A DNA stretch of 37,241 nt, taken from positions 1-37,241 of IMG/VR virus record IMGVR_UViG_3300040734_000110, one strand, 5' to 3'. The DNA is from a virus (lineage: Duplodnaviria; Caudoviricetes). Below the pieces are notes generated by a model. The model saw nothing but the letters and a program-made list of their open reading frames with translations, did not search any database and was not told the origin of the DNA. Shown piece by piece: positions 1 to 8,149 of this stretch (positions are counted from its first letter, which is position 1; each line of letters opens with the position of its first letter). The position numbers were made by a program, and so were the translations under genes.

Positions 1-22
1 TCAATTCTCGCCTGGGGCACTA
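1..22 (+). tRNA. 3' fragment of a tRNA (probably Leu) and candidate attL
   Basis: TCAATT (T-loop remainder) CTCGC (T-stem 3' strand) CTGGGGC (acceptor 3' strand) A (discriminator), then CTA in place of CCA. The rest lies outside the window. Confidence 0.6.
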
Positions 23-1548
23 TGCGTAGGTACAATTTTTGAACCTGTAGGGAGCGGTTCAAAAAACTCGATCACGCCGTGGATCTCGTTTTCAACACGA
101 TCCACGGCGATATTTTTTATTAATCCCTGAAGTATTCGTCTTCTTTCAGAGGCATCTCCTTCCCTCATAGTGATGGAAGTGGCTTCACAAAGGTTTCTGA
201 TCTGATCCATTGATAGCTCAGGGCTTCTTCGCGCAGCTTCGTACTCAATCCCGGCCAGCTGGGTGGATAATTCGGCCTTGGTCGTTTCCTGGGTCTTTAA
301 TTCATTTAGCAAAGCTGTTGAGTGGCCAGAGATTGTGATTGCTCGGATAAGGTTATTAATTTGAGTATCGACTTTCCGGATCTTCCGCTTCAGTTGATTA
401 ATCTGCGGACCGAGGGTACGCTTTTGCTCTTTTTCCGATTGGTATCCTTCCTCCAGCATGACGGCCATAACTTCTGGCTGCAGCACGTATTTTTCCAGTT
501 GGTCAATGACTGCATTTTCAAGCGGATTACACGGAATTTGCCGGAGGTCACAGGTTCTTCTATTCTTTGAATCAATGCAAATATAAGACCGGTAAGCCTT
601 CCCGTCGACTTGGCTTGTATGACCAGCCAGTTGAGCGCCACAGCGCATGCATGAGACAATCCCACTGAGGATGTAGTCACCGGCGATACGACGAGGATGA
701 TGCGCTCGCAGATGGATATTTCGTCTAATCGAAAAATCCGACTGAACTTTCTGTACCCCTGCCCAGGTGGCTTGATCGATCATCGGAGTGCAATAATCCT
801 CGATCACCAAATCCCCATATTCGAGAATACCAATATATAACTTATTTTTAAACAACCCGTTGTAACAATTGATCGTATTGAAAAGGTGCGTTTCTATATG
901 GATTTGACCATAAGAAGCTCCGACTAGTCTCATTTGGAACGCTTTTTGTACTATGGGGATCATGTTCGGATCCGGGATCCAGCGGTGACCCGTGCGAACG
1001 GTACCGTCTCTGTGATGACCAGTCACGATCGGATCCGACCTCATGAACCCTTTTGGCGGATATCCAGGTAGACAGCCGTGGATGGCCACCAGGTCTCTCA
1101 AGCCGGTTACCACATTATCGGAAAGATCATCGAGATATTTTTGATGGGCAAAATCGTATGCCGCCTCTATGATGATCGCCTCTGGACCCGTAGGGACCGG
1201 CTCGGTGATCGAATACAGGATCTTTCCGTGCTGTTTTAATTCCGATCGGTAATATTGAGCTTCGAGGGCATTCCGGGCAAAGCGGGAGTACGACCACACC
1301 ACCACACCCGCCTCAGGTACAGAAGGCTGCCGGAAGTACGTCATCATAGCCTGGAACTCCACCCGCTTTGAAGCTGTCTTTCCGGATTTTGTGTCGGTGA
1401 AAATGCGGGTTAAGGTATAGCCATATTGAGCGCACCATTCCCGGATGGTGCGCTCTTGGTGTAAAGCTGAGAGTTCCTGATCTTCGTGGCCGCTATCACG
1501 AATACAGGCGGCCACACTGGAGCCAGGGGGAAAAGGATGTTGGTTCAA
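1..1548 (-). CDS. Large serine recombinase (phage integrase)
   Basis: Resolvase domain (IRDS catalytic Ser, SG...R, SRFARN), recombinase domain (PPKGF, NKLYIG), Zn ribbon (CMRC...YIC...C) and coiled coil; TTG start. Confidence 0.95.
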   Translation of the reverse strand: MNQHPFPPGSSVAACIRDSGHEDQELSALHQERTIREWCAQYGYTLTRIFTDTKSGKTASKRVEFQAMMTYFRQPSVPEAGVVVWSYSRFARNALEAQYYRSELKQHGKILYSITEPVPTGPEAIIIEAAYDFAHQKYLDDLSDNVVTGLRDLVAIHGCLPGYPPKGFMRSDPIVTGHHRDGTVRTGHRWIPDPNMIPIVQKAFQMRLVGASYGQIHIETHLFNTINCYNGLFKNKLYIGILEYGDLVIEDYCTPMIDQATWAGVQKVQSDFSIRRNIHLRAHHPRRIAGDYILSGIVSCMRCGAQLAGHTSQVDGKAYRSYICIDSKNRRTCDLRQIPCNPLENAVIDQLEKYVLQPEVMAVMLEEGYQSEKEQKRTLGPQINQLKRKIRKVDTQINNLIRAITISGHSTALLNELKTQETTKAELSTQLAGIEYEAARRSPELSMDQIRNLCEATSITMREGDASERRRILQGLIKNIAVDRVENEIHGVIEFFEPLPTGSKIVPTHSAPGEN

Positions 1549-1633
1549 ATTAGAGGGGGCAATAATAATATTTCTTGATCATAAGAAAGAACTTTTTAGG
1601 GTTTTCTAATCTCATGTGTTGTTATTTGAAAGG

Positions 1634-1918
1634 TTAATCTAAATCAGTCCATCCATGAGAATGATACATTTTTATGTATTTATCAAATTCATCTTTTCTA
1701 GTAAATTTCTCTATCCAATTAACACCTATTGAGTAGGAATTTTCCTTAGGAGTCATTATTACACTTGCAATTATTTTTGGCTCTTTCCATGCGCTATCCT
1801 CGATCTCCATACCAACAATTGGGATGAGTGAAGTATTACTGATTGTCTTCCTCACAATTGCGTTCTCAAATTCATCACCGTTTTCATAATGGAATAATAC
1901 TGAAATTCGTAGATCCAT
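1634..1918 (-). CDS. Hypothetical protein (AT-rich accessory gene)
   Basis: 94 aa ORF with an upstream AAGGGA SD-like sequence, in the leftward lysogeny operon. Confidence 0.65.
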   Translation of the reverse strand: MDLRISVLFHYENGDEFENAIVRKTISNTSLIPIVGMEIEDSAWKEPKIIASVIMTPKENSYSIGVNWIEKFTRKDEFDKYIKMYHSHGWTDLD

Positions 1919-2043
1919 ATTTACATCCCTTCATCTGAAATTTTGCTTTAATGCGTTATCAATGGTTGTTATTATTCATGATCTAAAATCAATAATTCAC
2001 TCTTTTCCTCAGCATAAAAAAACCTACTCTCCTTTTATCTTTA

Positions 2044-2751
2044 TTAATTATCCATAAACGCATCGATGATCGCAGGCTGGCATACCGTGCCTCCGAAAGC
2101 ATTTGTGCCACAGATGCTTCCCGCAACAATTCCATACACAGTGATCGACTGGTTCTCGTAAATCCCGCTGAACGGTTCACGGAAGGAAACGATTACTGCA
2201 TCATAGGTGCCCGCAAAGAAGCCCTGAAGCTCTGTATTGGAATTGATGTTGAACACCCGGATATTTATCCTAACCAATTCTCCGATGTGGTTGTCGGCAT
2301 AATTGGTCAGTTCTTGGTAATAAATGTCTTGATATTGAGCCAGCTCAGTTGCGTGAGCATAAGCTGCATCTTGAGTGGCGTTGTAAGATTGCCTGGTGGC
2401 CGTGACGTTAGCAGCCGCTTGGGTCTGGGTTGCCTGGTAGTTCAGCGCTGCCTGGGTTTGGGTTTGACCAATGGCAATGGCGGTCAAGGTCGCCGGTGGC
2501 TCAAGTGTGGCGGTGTTGGTAGGCATTGGTGAAATAGTCAGCGTGGGTGTAATAGAAGGCTCAACGGTATCTGAAGGTTTAGCGGTTTGATCTTCAGTCG
2601 CTGCGCCCGGGGTCGTTTGGGCGCTGTTCCTGATCGCATTTGTAAGCGAGCAGCATAGGCACAGCATAACTAATACAATGGCAACGATGACAAGCTTGGC
2701 TTTCTTTCCGGATTTCCAATAGTTTCCCACTTTATTGATTTGTGCTTTCAT
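2044..2751 (-). CDS. Membrane-anchored protein with Thr/Pro/Ala-rich linker and C-terminal OB-fold-like domain; possible superinfection exclusion protein
   Basis: Basic N-terminus, hydrophobic helix ending LCLCC, TPT/ATQT-rich linker, globular C-terminus; lies between repressor and integrase. Confidence 0.6.
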   Translation of the reverse strand: MKAQINKVGNYWKSGKKAKLVIVAIVLVMLCLCCSLTNAIRNSAQTTPGAATEDQTAKPSDTVEPSITPTLTISPMPTNTATLEPPATLTAIAIGQTQTQAALNYQATQTQAAANVTATRQSYNATQDAAYAHATELAQYQDIYYQELTNYADNHIGELVRINIRVFNINSNTELQGFFAGTYDAVIVSFREPFSGIYENQSITVYGIVAGSICGTNAFGGTVCQPAIIDAFMDN

Positions 2752-2772
2752 GATCGATCTCCCCAGAACAAA

Positions 2773-3132
2773 TTAGATTTTTGATACTCCCTGGCCGGTT
2801 TGGAATAATGATGGGATCAATGCAACCGCAACGATACAAAAACACCCTATTAAAAGAATTTTCAAAGCGAGATCTGCCGGCAGAAAAGCGGCCGTGATCA
2901 GCAAAAGGATCTGAAGACCGGCTGCCGGTAGAACCATATCAACGGGACGTAACTTTTGTATTTTATTTCTCATACTTCCCCGCACAATCTTGATTGAGAT
3001 CACATATCTTTGGGATTTGGTTAATAACGGCCAGACATAGGTCAAAAAATCAGGCCGCGCTGTGCGTTTCATTTTTAGATGAGACGCCTTTATTCTCCGT
3101 AAGGAACCGTTCGACTTTTTCTCTGATCTCAT
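2773..3132 (-). CDS. Small membrane protein (true start probably downstream of 3132)
   Basis: Two C-terminal hydrophobic helices; overlaps the repressor 3' end. Confidence 0.5.
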   Translation of the reverse strand: MRSEKKSNGSLRRIKASHLKMKRTARPDFLTYVWPLLTKSQRYVISIKIVRGSMRNKIQKLRPVDMVLPAAGLQILLLITAAFLPADLALKILLIGCFCIVAVALIPSLFQTGQGVSKI

Positions 3133-3415
3133 TTTGTTGTTCCAGCGTCAGCTCTCCCCATTCTTGTTGCACATAGTTCAGCAGTGGATCTGGCTTCAGC
3201 AGATCAGCTACTTCATAAAATCTGACATCACCGGTTTTATTGGCTAAGTGAACCAGCATTTTTGTCGTTGCTTGTTTGCGACCATTAATTAGTAAGTTTA
3301 AAGTGACTTCGTGAATTTCTAAAAATTCAGCAAAATCCTTCAACTTTCGTACTTGACCTTGTTGCTTTTGCCATTCAAGGTAATTTTCAGTTAATAGTTC
3401 AGCACAGGTTGTCAT
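3050..3415 (-). CDS. XRE-family HTH repressor (CI-like)
   Basis: LKDFAEFLEIHEVTLNLLINGRK HTH; divergent from the cro-like gene. Confidence 0.8.
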   Translation of the reverse strand: MTTCAELLTENYLEWQKQQGQVRKLKDFAEFLEIHEVTLNLLINGRKQATTKMLVHLANKTGDVRFYEVADLLKPDPLLNYVQQEWGELTLEQQNEIREKVERFLTENKGVSSKNETHSAA

Positions 3416-3423
3416 TGATTAGT

Positions 3424-3452
3424 AGGATAGCAAATTATATTTGTCTTGTAAA
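3424..3452 (-). promoter_or_regulatory. Leftward repressor promoter, near-leaderless
   Basis: On the minus strand TTTACA-17 bp-TATCCT with TG extension; the -10 box ends 8 nt before the repressor ATG. Confidence 0.6.
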
Positions 3453-3458
3453 GACACC

Positions 3459-3497
3459 TTGACAAACTATTATATTTTATGTATATTAGGTTTGTCA
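3459..3497 (+). promoter_or_regulatory. Rightward early promoter flanked by an operator-like inverted repeat
   Basis: TTGACA(3459)-17 bp-TATATT(3482); TGACAAAC (3460-3467) and GTTTGTCA (3490-3497) are inverted. Confidence 0.7.
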
Positions 3498-3539
3498 TTA
3501 GATTAACTCGGTTTATTAACTCTCTTTTCCAGGTGACAA

Positions 3540-3836
3540 ATGATCAATATTCAAATTTCCTTGTGTTCAGTGGTTAAAGAATATCGAAAACGACTTTCAA
3601 TGACCTACCGGGATTTTGCCGAGGCAATTAACGAACATCTGGTCGGTACAGGCATTTCTCACCAGACGATCTCGAACTGGGAGAAATCGATCACCGACCC
3701 AACGACTGATTTTTTGTTAACGTGCCTGGTGGTACATGATGATTGGCGTCGGCAGTTCGCCATCGACTGCCTGTGTGCCAAACTCCCCGAAGTGTTCATC
3801 CGTAATGACAACAGTATTGCCTTGCTGGTTAGATAG
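3540..3836 (+). CDS. Cro-like XRE HTH regulator
   Basis: MTYRDFAEAI...ISHQTISNWEK HTH; first gene of the early operon. Confidence 0.8.
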   Translation: MINIQISLCSVVKEYRKRLSMTYRDFAEAINEHLVGTGISHQTISNWEKSITDPTTDFLLTCLVVHDDWRRQFAIDCLCAKLPEVFIRNDNSIALLVR

Positions 3837-3902
3837 TAACACGCTCTCGTCCGGAATAGTGATTTTTGGTCTCATTCATTTTTTTGGAGAAAGGACAAGG
3901 AC

Positions 3903-4262
3903 ATGTTCAGTTATTACGACTTAGTCAGACCTGAAACGCTGGTGGAGATCAAAAAGAAATCTCCCAACGTAACCCAGGTGCCGGTAGATGCGGCTCGAAT
4001 GGTCGTATCTGGAATGCAGCAGATCAGCTCCTCCAACCCAAGCCATGAAGACACCAACGGAATGCAGTACTGGACCGCATCGCTCAAAGAGGTGTGGCTA
4101 GCCGCCAGGTTCCCCGAAGACAGCAATGTGAATACGGTCGGCCGGGCGTGCAGGAGCATGGGTCTGGTGAGCTGGCGTGAAGGCAACGGTTATCACGTCG
4201 CCTGGAGCAAGGATCAATTATCGATCCTCGCAGAGTATTTTAAGAAAGTTGAGGGGAAATGA
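3903..4262 (+). CDS. Small winged-helix-like protein resembling the replicase C-terminal domain
   Basis: TVGRACRSMGLVSWREGNGYHV aligns with TVGNICRDAFRLPTYRTGNGWVV in ORF 10617..11168. Confidence 0.6.
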   Translation: MFSYYDLVRPETLVEIKKKSPNVTQVPVDAARMVVSGMQQISSSNPSHEDTNGMQYWTASLKEVWLAARFPEDSNVNTVGRACRSMGLVSWREGNGYHVAWSKDQLSILAEYFKKVEGK

Positions 4263-4576
4263 CTATAACCTATATCGGCAACGTATGTTCATTTTGCAAT
4301 AAAGTGACTTGCGCCGGCTGTGACGAGATCAAGGGGCAACCCGCTCCGACAGGCGTAACCGCCTTGTTCTCTATGCTGGCCAGGGGTGAAAGCGATAAAC
4401 CTCGCTGTGCTTGTTACCTGTACGAAGGCGACAATCCGGAGTGCGCCATTCACTCAAAAGAACGATGCACATTCTGCGGCGGCACCGGCGACGGATCAGG
4501 AATGGTGGAAGTCAACGGGTACCATGTTCCCGCTTCCCATACAACCTGCATAACTGAGATCAGGTGGGATGAATGA
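4259..4576 (+). CDS. Cys-rich Zn-finger-like protein
   Basis: Several CxxC motifs; ATGA overlaps on both sides. Confidence 0.6.
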   Translation: MTITYIGNVCSFCNKVTCAGCDEIKGQPAPTGVTALFSMLARGESDKPRCACYLYEGDNPECAIHSKERCTFCGGTGDGSGMVEVNGYHVPASHTTCITEIRWDE

Positions 4577-5535
4577 TCACAACAGCCACCCAGTTCCGGG
4601 TTGCGCCGGTGATCACGACCTGGTCACAGGCTTTTGAAGCCTGGCTGCGCCTCGACGGGCGCAAGAGCAGTCTCAAACCCCTGCGAGAGAAATCGATCCA
4701 GGCTTGTTTACAGGATATCCGTCATTTTTCTAAATATTTCGAACAAGCCGCCAAGGTCGATTTCACGCCCGATCAGCTCACCCAAAACGCCCTGCTTTCA
4801 TACTTTTCCAGCCAATCCGCAGCGCCTGCCAGCACGAACCGGCGTTTGGCATCCCTGCGAACACTCACACGCTGGTCGATCAGTGTCGGTTTACTCCATG
4901 AGGATCCCACCGTTCGTATCCCCCGCATCGAGATCTCTTCACTGCCCCCACGCGCAAAGGATGATCTGGAATGCCAGCGCCTGGCCAAGGTTGCCAAGAG
5001 AGCTGCTCACATCACAAAGCGCACACCTCAGCATGATCTGCTGGGGTTGCGCGACCAGGTCATTTGGGAGCTGATGTACGATGCCGGGCTCCGTATCGGG
5101 TCCGTAGCCGCCCTGGATATCGAAGGCCTGCATTTGGATGAGGGTTGGATTGCCGTCGAGGTCAAGGGCGGGAAGATCGGCGAGATCAGTATCCCCCAGC
5201 GCTTATGTCGGTTGATCAGAGCCTGGCTCCGCATCCGTCCGGGCATCCAACACGGTGCCGTGATCACTGATGGAAATGGCAAGCGCATCACCACCGGCCA
5301 GATCCGCCGCCGGTTATATGCCATCGGATCAGCCGCCGGTGTGGACGTGAAACCTCACGACCTGCGTCACACCTATATTTACCGCCTGGTGGATAAAGCC
5401 CTGGAAGGGAATAGGCCGCTGCCGGCAGCTCTTGATATTGCCCGCCAGCAAGCCTGTCATAGTGATGTACGCACCACCCAGGGCTACATCAGAGCCCGCA
5501 GAAGCGATATTCAAAAGATAGTGGAGGGGATATGA
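4573..5535 (+). CDS. Tyrosine recombinase (XerC/D-like)
   Basis: APASTNRRLASLR core-binding domain, GLRIGS (Arg), VKGGK, HDLRH, CHSDVRTTQGY (catalytic Tyr). Confidence 0.93.
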   Translation: MITTATQFRVAPVITTWSQAFEAWLRLDGRKSSLKPLREKSIQACLQDIRHFSKYFEQAAKVDFTPDQLTQNALLSYFSSQSAAPASTNRRLASLRTLTRWSISVGLLHEDPTVRIPRIEISSLPPRAKDDLECQRLAKVAKRAAHITKRTPQHDLLGLRDQVIWELMYDAGLRIGSVAALDIEGLHLDEGWIAVEVKGGKIGEISIPQRLCRLIRAWLRIRPGIQHGAVITDGNGKRITTGQIRRRLYAIGSAAGVDVKPHDLRHTYIYRLVDKALEGNRPLPAALDIARQQACHSDVRTTQGYIRARRSDIQKIVEGI

Positions 5536-6437
5536 AAGAAAAATTCATTGATCGTAATTTTTCTGCCAGCAGTATGGCCATCATTGAAAAAGTGAATGCC
5601 ATTTTAACTGAATACACCGGCCAGGGTTTCAGGCTGAGTTTGCGCCAGCTTTATTATCAGCTTGTGGCAAGGGGGTACATCGAGAACACGCTGAGGAGTT
5701 ATAAGCGCACAGGTGACCTGGTCAGTAATGCTCGTTTGGCGGGTCTCATCGATTGGCAAATGATCGAGGACCGTAATCGAGATGTGATCTATTCCAACCC
5801 CTGGAATGATCCCGGGGAAATCGTCCAAGCAGCTGCGAGCCAATTTCACCTTGATCATTGGGAAGGACAACCTTGCTATGTAGAGGTCATGGTCGAAAAG
5901 GATGCCCTGAGCGGGATCCTCGAACCTGTGTGTGAATCTTTGAACATCAGATTTATGGCCAATAAAGGGTATTCCAGCAGCTCAGCCATGTATGAAGCTG
6001 CAAGAAGGATCTACCGCATGGCGGTTACACATCGAAAAGAGGTTCATATTTTCTACTTGGGTGATCATGACCCCAGTGGGATCGATATGACAAGGGATAT
6101 TCAAGAACGGTTGGAGATTTTTACAAAAGGGGATGTGGGTATTGAATTATCCCGCCTGGCATTGAACTGGGGGCAGATAGAAGAATGGAAACCACCTAAA
6201 AACCCAGCCAAGGAAACCGACAGCCGCTTCCAGGCTTATGTAGATCAATTTGGCGAGTCATCCTGGGAGTTGGATGCCGTTGAACCGCGTGAGCTTTCCC
6301 GCCTGGTCAATGCCGCCGTAACACGCCTTATTGATCAGGAAGCCTGGGACAAGGTGCTTACGAAGGAAGAGCGAATGAAGGCAGATCTCCTCAAGATGGC
6401 TGAGGGGTATGAATATTCAGACGATGATCAGGGGTAA
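5532..6437 (+). CDS. Top6A/Spo11-like Toprim protein (Mini-A/DUF2399-like)
   Basis: SLRQLYY (Spo11-type catalytic Tyr motif), VEKDA, KGYS, GDHDPSG (DxDPxG). Confidence 0.8.
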   Translation: MKEKFIDRNFSASSMAIIEKVNAILTEYTGQGFRLSLRQLYYQLVARGYIENTLRSYKRTGDLVSNARLAGLIDWQMIEDRNRDVIYSNPWNDPGEIVQAAASQFHLDHWEGQPCYVEVMVEKDALSGILEPVCESLNIRFMANKGYSSSSAMYEAARRIYRMAVTHRKEVHIFYLGDHDPSGIDMTRDIQERLEIFTKGDVGIELSRLALNWGQIEEWKPPKNPAKETDSRFQAYVDQFGESSWELDAVEPRELSRLVNAAVTRLIDQEAWDKVLTKEERMKADLLKMAEGYEYSDDDQG

Positions 6438-6594
6438 ATTTTACCCTTTGCGATGGGTTAAGCAAGTAAGGGATTAGCAATGCCACGCCAAATGATAGTA
6501 ACGATGGAAGTTGGGTTTTCTAAATTACCACAAGACCAAGAGGTGGTTTGGCGTGGCTCACTGCTACTATTGTTCAATTTTTTGAAAGGAAAAT

Positions 6595-6822
6595 ATGCCG
6601 ACCCAACCCGACCCACAAATAATTTACTGCAGTGCGTGCCACCAGAGACCAGCATCGATCTTCATCCACGGGACGATAGAAGTAATCCGTGGGCAACGAA
6701 CACGGATCAAGTGGCTGGAAATGGCACTTTGTGATTCGTGTGGTGCTAAAGCAGATGAGGCTACGAACACCGGTAGCCAGATGGCCTTAGCCCTGACAGG
6801 AGGTAACCCGTGGATATTGTAA
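6595..6822 (+). CDS. Small Zn-finger protein
   Basis: CSAC...CDSC; AAAGGA SD upstream. Confidence 0.55.
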   Translation: MPTQPDPQIIYCSACHQRPASIFIHGTIEVIRGQRTRIKWLEMALCDSCGAKADEATNTGSQMALALTGGNPWIL

Positions 6823-7151
6823 TTCTGATTATTTTTGTCGTCATTGTCGAGGCGCTGCTCCATTATTTCCCTTGGCGGTTATTGCTTCGCGGTAAGGAGC
6901 TTCCCCGCCTGGTGGCATACATCCTCGGTGTCATTGGTTTGATGGTCCCATTTTCAGTGTGGGTAGTTGTTGTATTGACCGATTGGAGACTCGTTGCTGT
7001 TCTTTGGGGCACCATCGTGGCCGGTGGAATCACAGTAATGATCCTTTACGGCTTAGATCATGTAGTCGACCTGGAATGGCGCAAGCGGGAATGTGATCAA
7101 CGGGAGAAGGAACTGCGTAACACAATTTCTGATCAGGAGGCGCATCAATGA
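6810..7151 (+). CDS. Three-helix membrane protein
   Basis: Three hydrophobic segments and a charged tail; AGGAGG SD with GTG start. Confidence 0.7.
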   Translation: MDIVILIIFVVIVEALLHYFPWRLLLRGKELPRLVAYILGVIGLMVPFSVWVVVVLTDWRLVAVLWGTIVAGGITVMILYGLDHVVDLEWRKRECDQREKELRNTISDQEAHQ

Positions 7152-7426
7152 TGGTCGGAATGATGTGGTTCGATAATGAGCCGGTTACGGTTGAGGAGAA
7201 GATCCGCAGAGCCGCTGCCCATTATCAAAAGAAATATGGGTCATGGCCGACTCGTGCGCTTGTTGACCCAGGTATGGTCGCTGAGGATAAAACGATCAGC
7301 GGCGTGTTTGTTTCCCCAAGCGGCAGCATCCTCAAGAACACAATCTGGATCGGTCATGAGGACGCCAAATCAACTACTGATATTGCCGCCAAGGCCATGG
7401 GGGTGTCAAATGCCCAGGGACAATAA
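7148..7426 (+). CDS. Small hypothetical phage protein (MMWFD...EKIRRAAAHYQKKYG type)
   Basis: AGGAGG SD; ATGA overlap with the upstream gene. Confidence 0.7.
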   Translation: MMVGMMWFDNEPVTVEEKIRRAAAHYQKKYGSWPTRALVDPGMVAEDKTISGVFVSPSGSILKNTIWIGHEDAKSTTDIAAKAMGVSNAQGQ

Positions 7427-7721
7427 ATCAGTCACTGATATCCGTGAGGCTCTTGAAGGAGCGGTTGGCCTGATGGTGCGGGTTGATCATTTTCAGAGCT
7501 TTGTACGCACCAGGGTTATTCAGGCGCAACAACGCACAGGCCTTGATGCCCTCTTGGGACCGGCACTTGATGACCTGACAGATATCAGTCAGTCAGCAAA
7601 AGCCGCTCAACGCCAGGTCAATGATGCCATCTCAACCATGCTGGTCACGTCACCTGCACCGTTATCTGTTGAGAAGTCAGACAAGGCCAGTTGGCTAGAC
7701 AATGGAGCAAAGAATGCTTGA
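7410..7721 (+). CDS. Hypothetical helical protein
   Basis: In-frame ATG at 7410 within ORF 7176..7721 with GGGGG upstream; overlaps its neighbours. Confidence 0.55.
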   Translation: MPRDNKSVTDIREALEGAVGLMVRVDHFQSFVRTRVIQAQQRTGLDALLGPALDDLTDISQSAKAAQRQVNDAISTMLVTSPAPLSVEKSDKASWLDNGAKNA

Positions 7722-7998
7722 TATAGATCCCACCCTAAAGCCAATCGCGGATGCAATTCAGAAGGTTCAAAGCGATGGCTGTAGTTCTGCCTTGATCGTC
7801 TATTGTTATCCGGGAGCATTAGATCGTTTCTTTTTACCCAGAACCAACGGAGCGGACAGTCAAAAAGCTACAACATTCTATTCGATCAATGGCGTCCCGC
7901 TCAGGGAAAGATTATGGATGCCAAAGGACTCTTACATGATCGTTCAGGAAAGCCTGCGTGAAAGCAAGGTTGTAAGCATGGGCAGGGTATCTGCATGA
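7714..7998 (+). CDS. Small hypothetical protein, weakly similar to the HK97 capsid A-domain
   Basis: GGAG SD before ATG 7714; DAIQK...YP...LPRT...INGVPL...MPKD. Confidence 0.55.
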   Translation: MLDIDPTLKPIADAIQKVQSDGCSSALIVYCYPGALDRFFLPRTNGADSQKATTFYSINGVPLRERLWMPKDSYMIVQESLRESKVVSMGRVSA

Positions 7999-8091
7999 GC
8001 CAGTGCCAGTGCCAGCCAGCAGCCAGGTTATTAATAGCAGTAGAAAGAAGACGCCCAAACTTCTTCTTATCAGGGGATGGTCGGCATGGTG

Positions 8092-8116
8092 AAAAAAAAG
8101 GCGGCGGCCGCCGCCT
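8092..8116 (-). terminator. Minus-strand intrinsic terminator / perfect 18-bp palindrome
   Basis: AGGCGGCGGCCGCCGCCT (8099-8116) preceded by an A run, which reads as a U tract on the minus strand. Confidence 0.55.
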
Positions 8117-8120
8117 AAGC

Positions 8121-8149
8121 ATGCAACATAACATGGGGTTATGTTGCAT
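8121..8149. other. dif/Xer-like tyrosine recombinase core site
   Basis: ATGCAACATAA-CATGGGG-TTATGTTGCAT: perfect 11-bp inverted arms, asymmetric 7-bp spacer, inner CATAA/TTATG as in dif. Confidence 0.6.

Noticed and set aside
1495-1512. Integrase motif reads ACIRDS rather than the usual AYxRxS
   Set aside because: Catalytic Arg and Ser are intact; a single Tyr/Cys difference does not justify a pseudogene call
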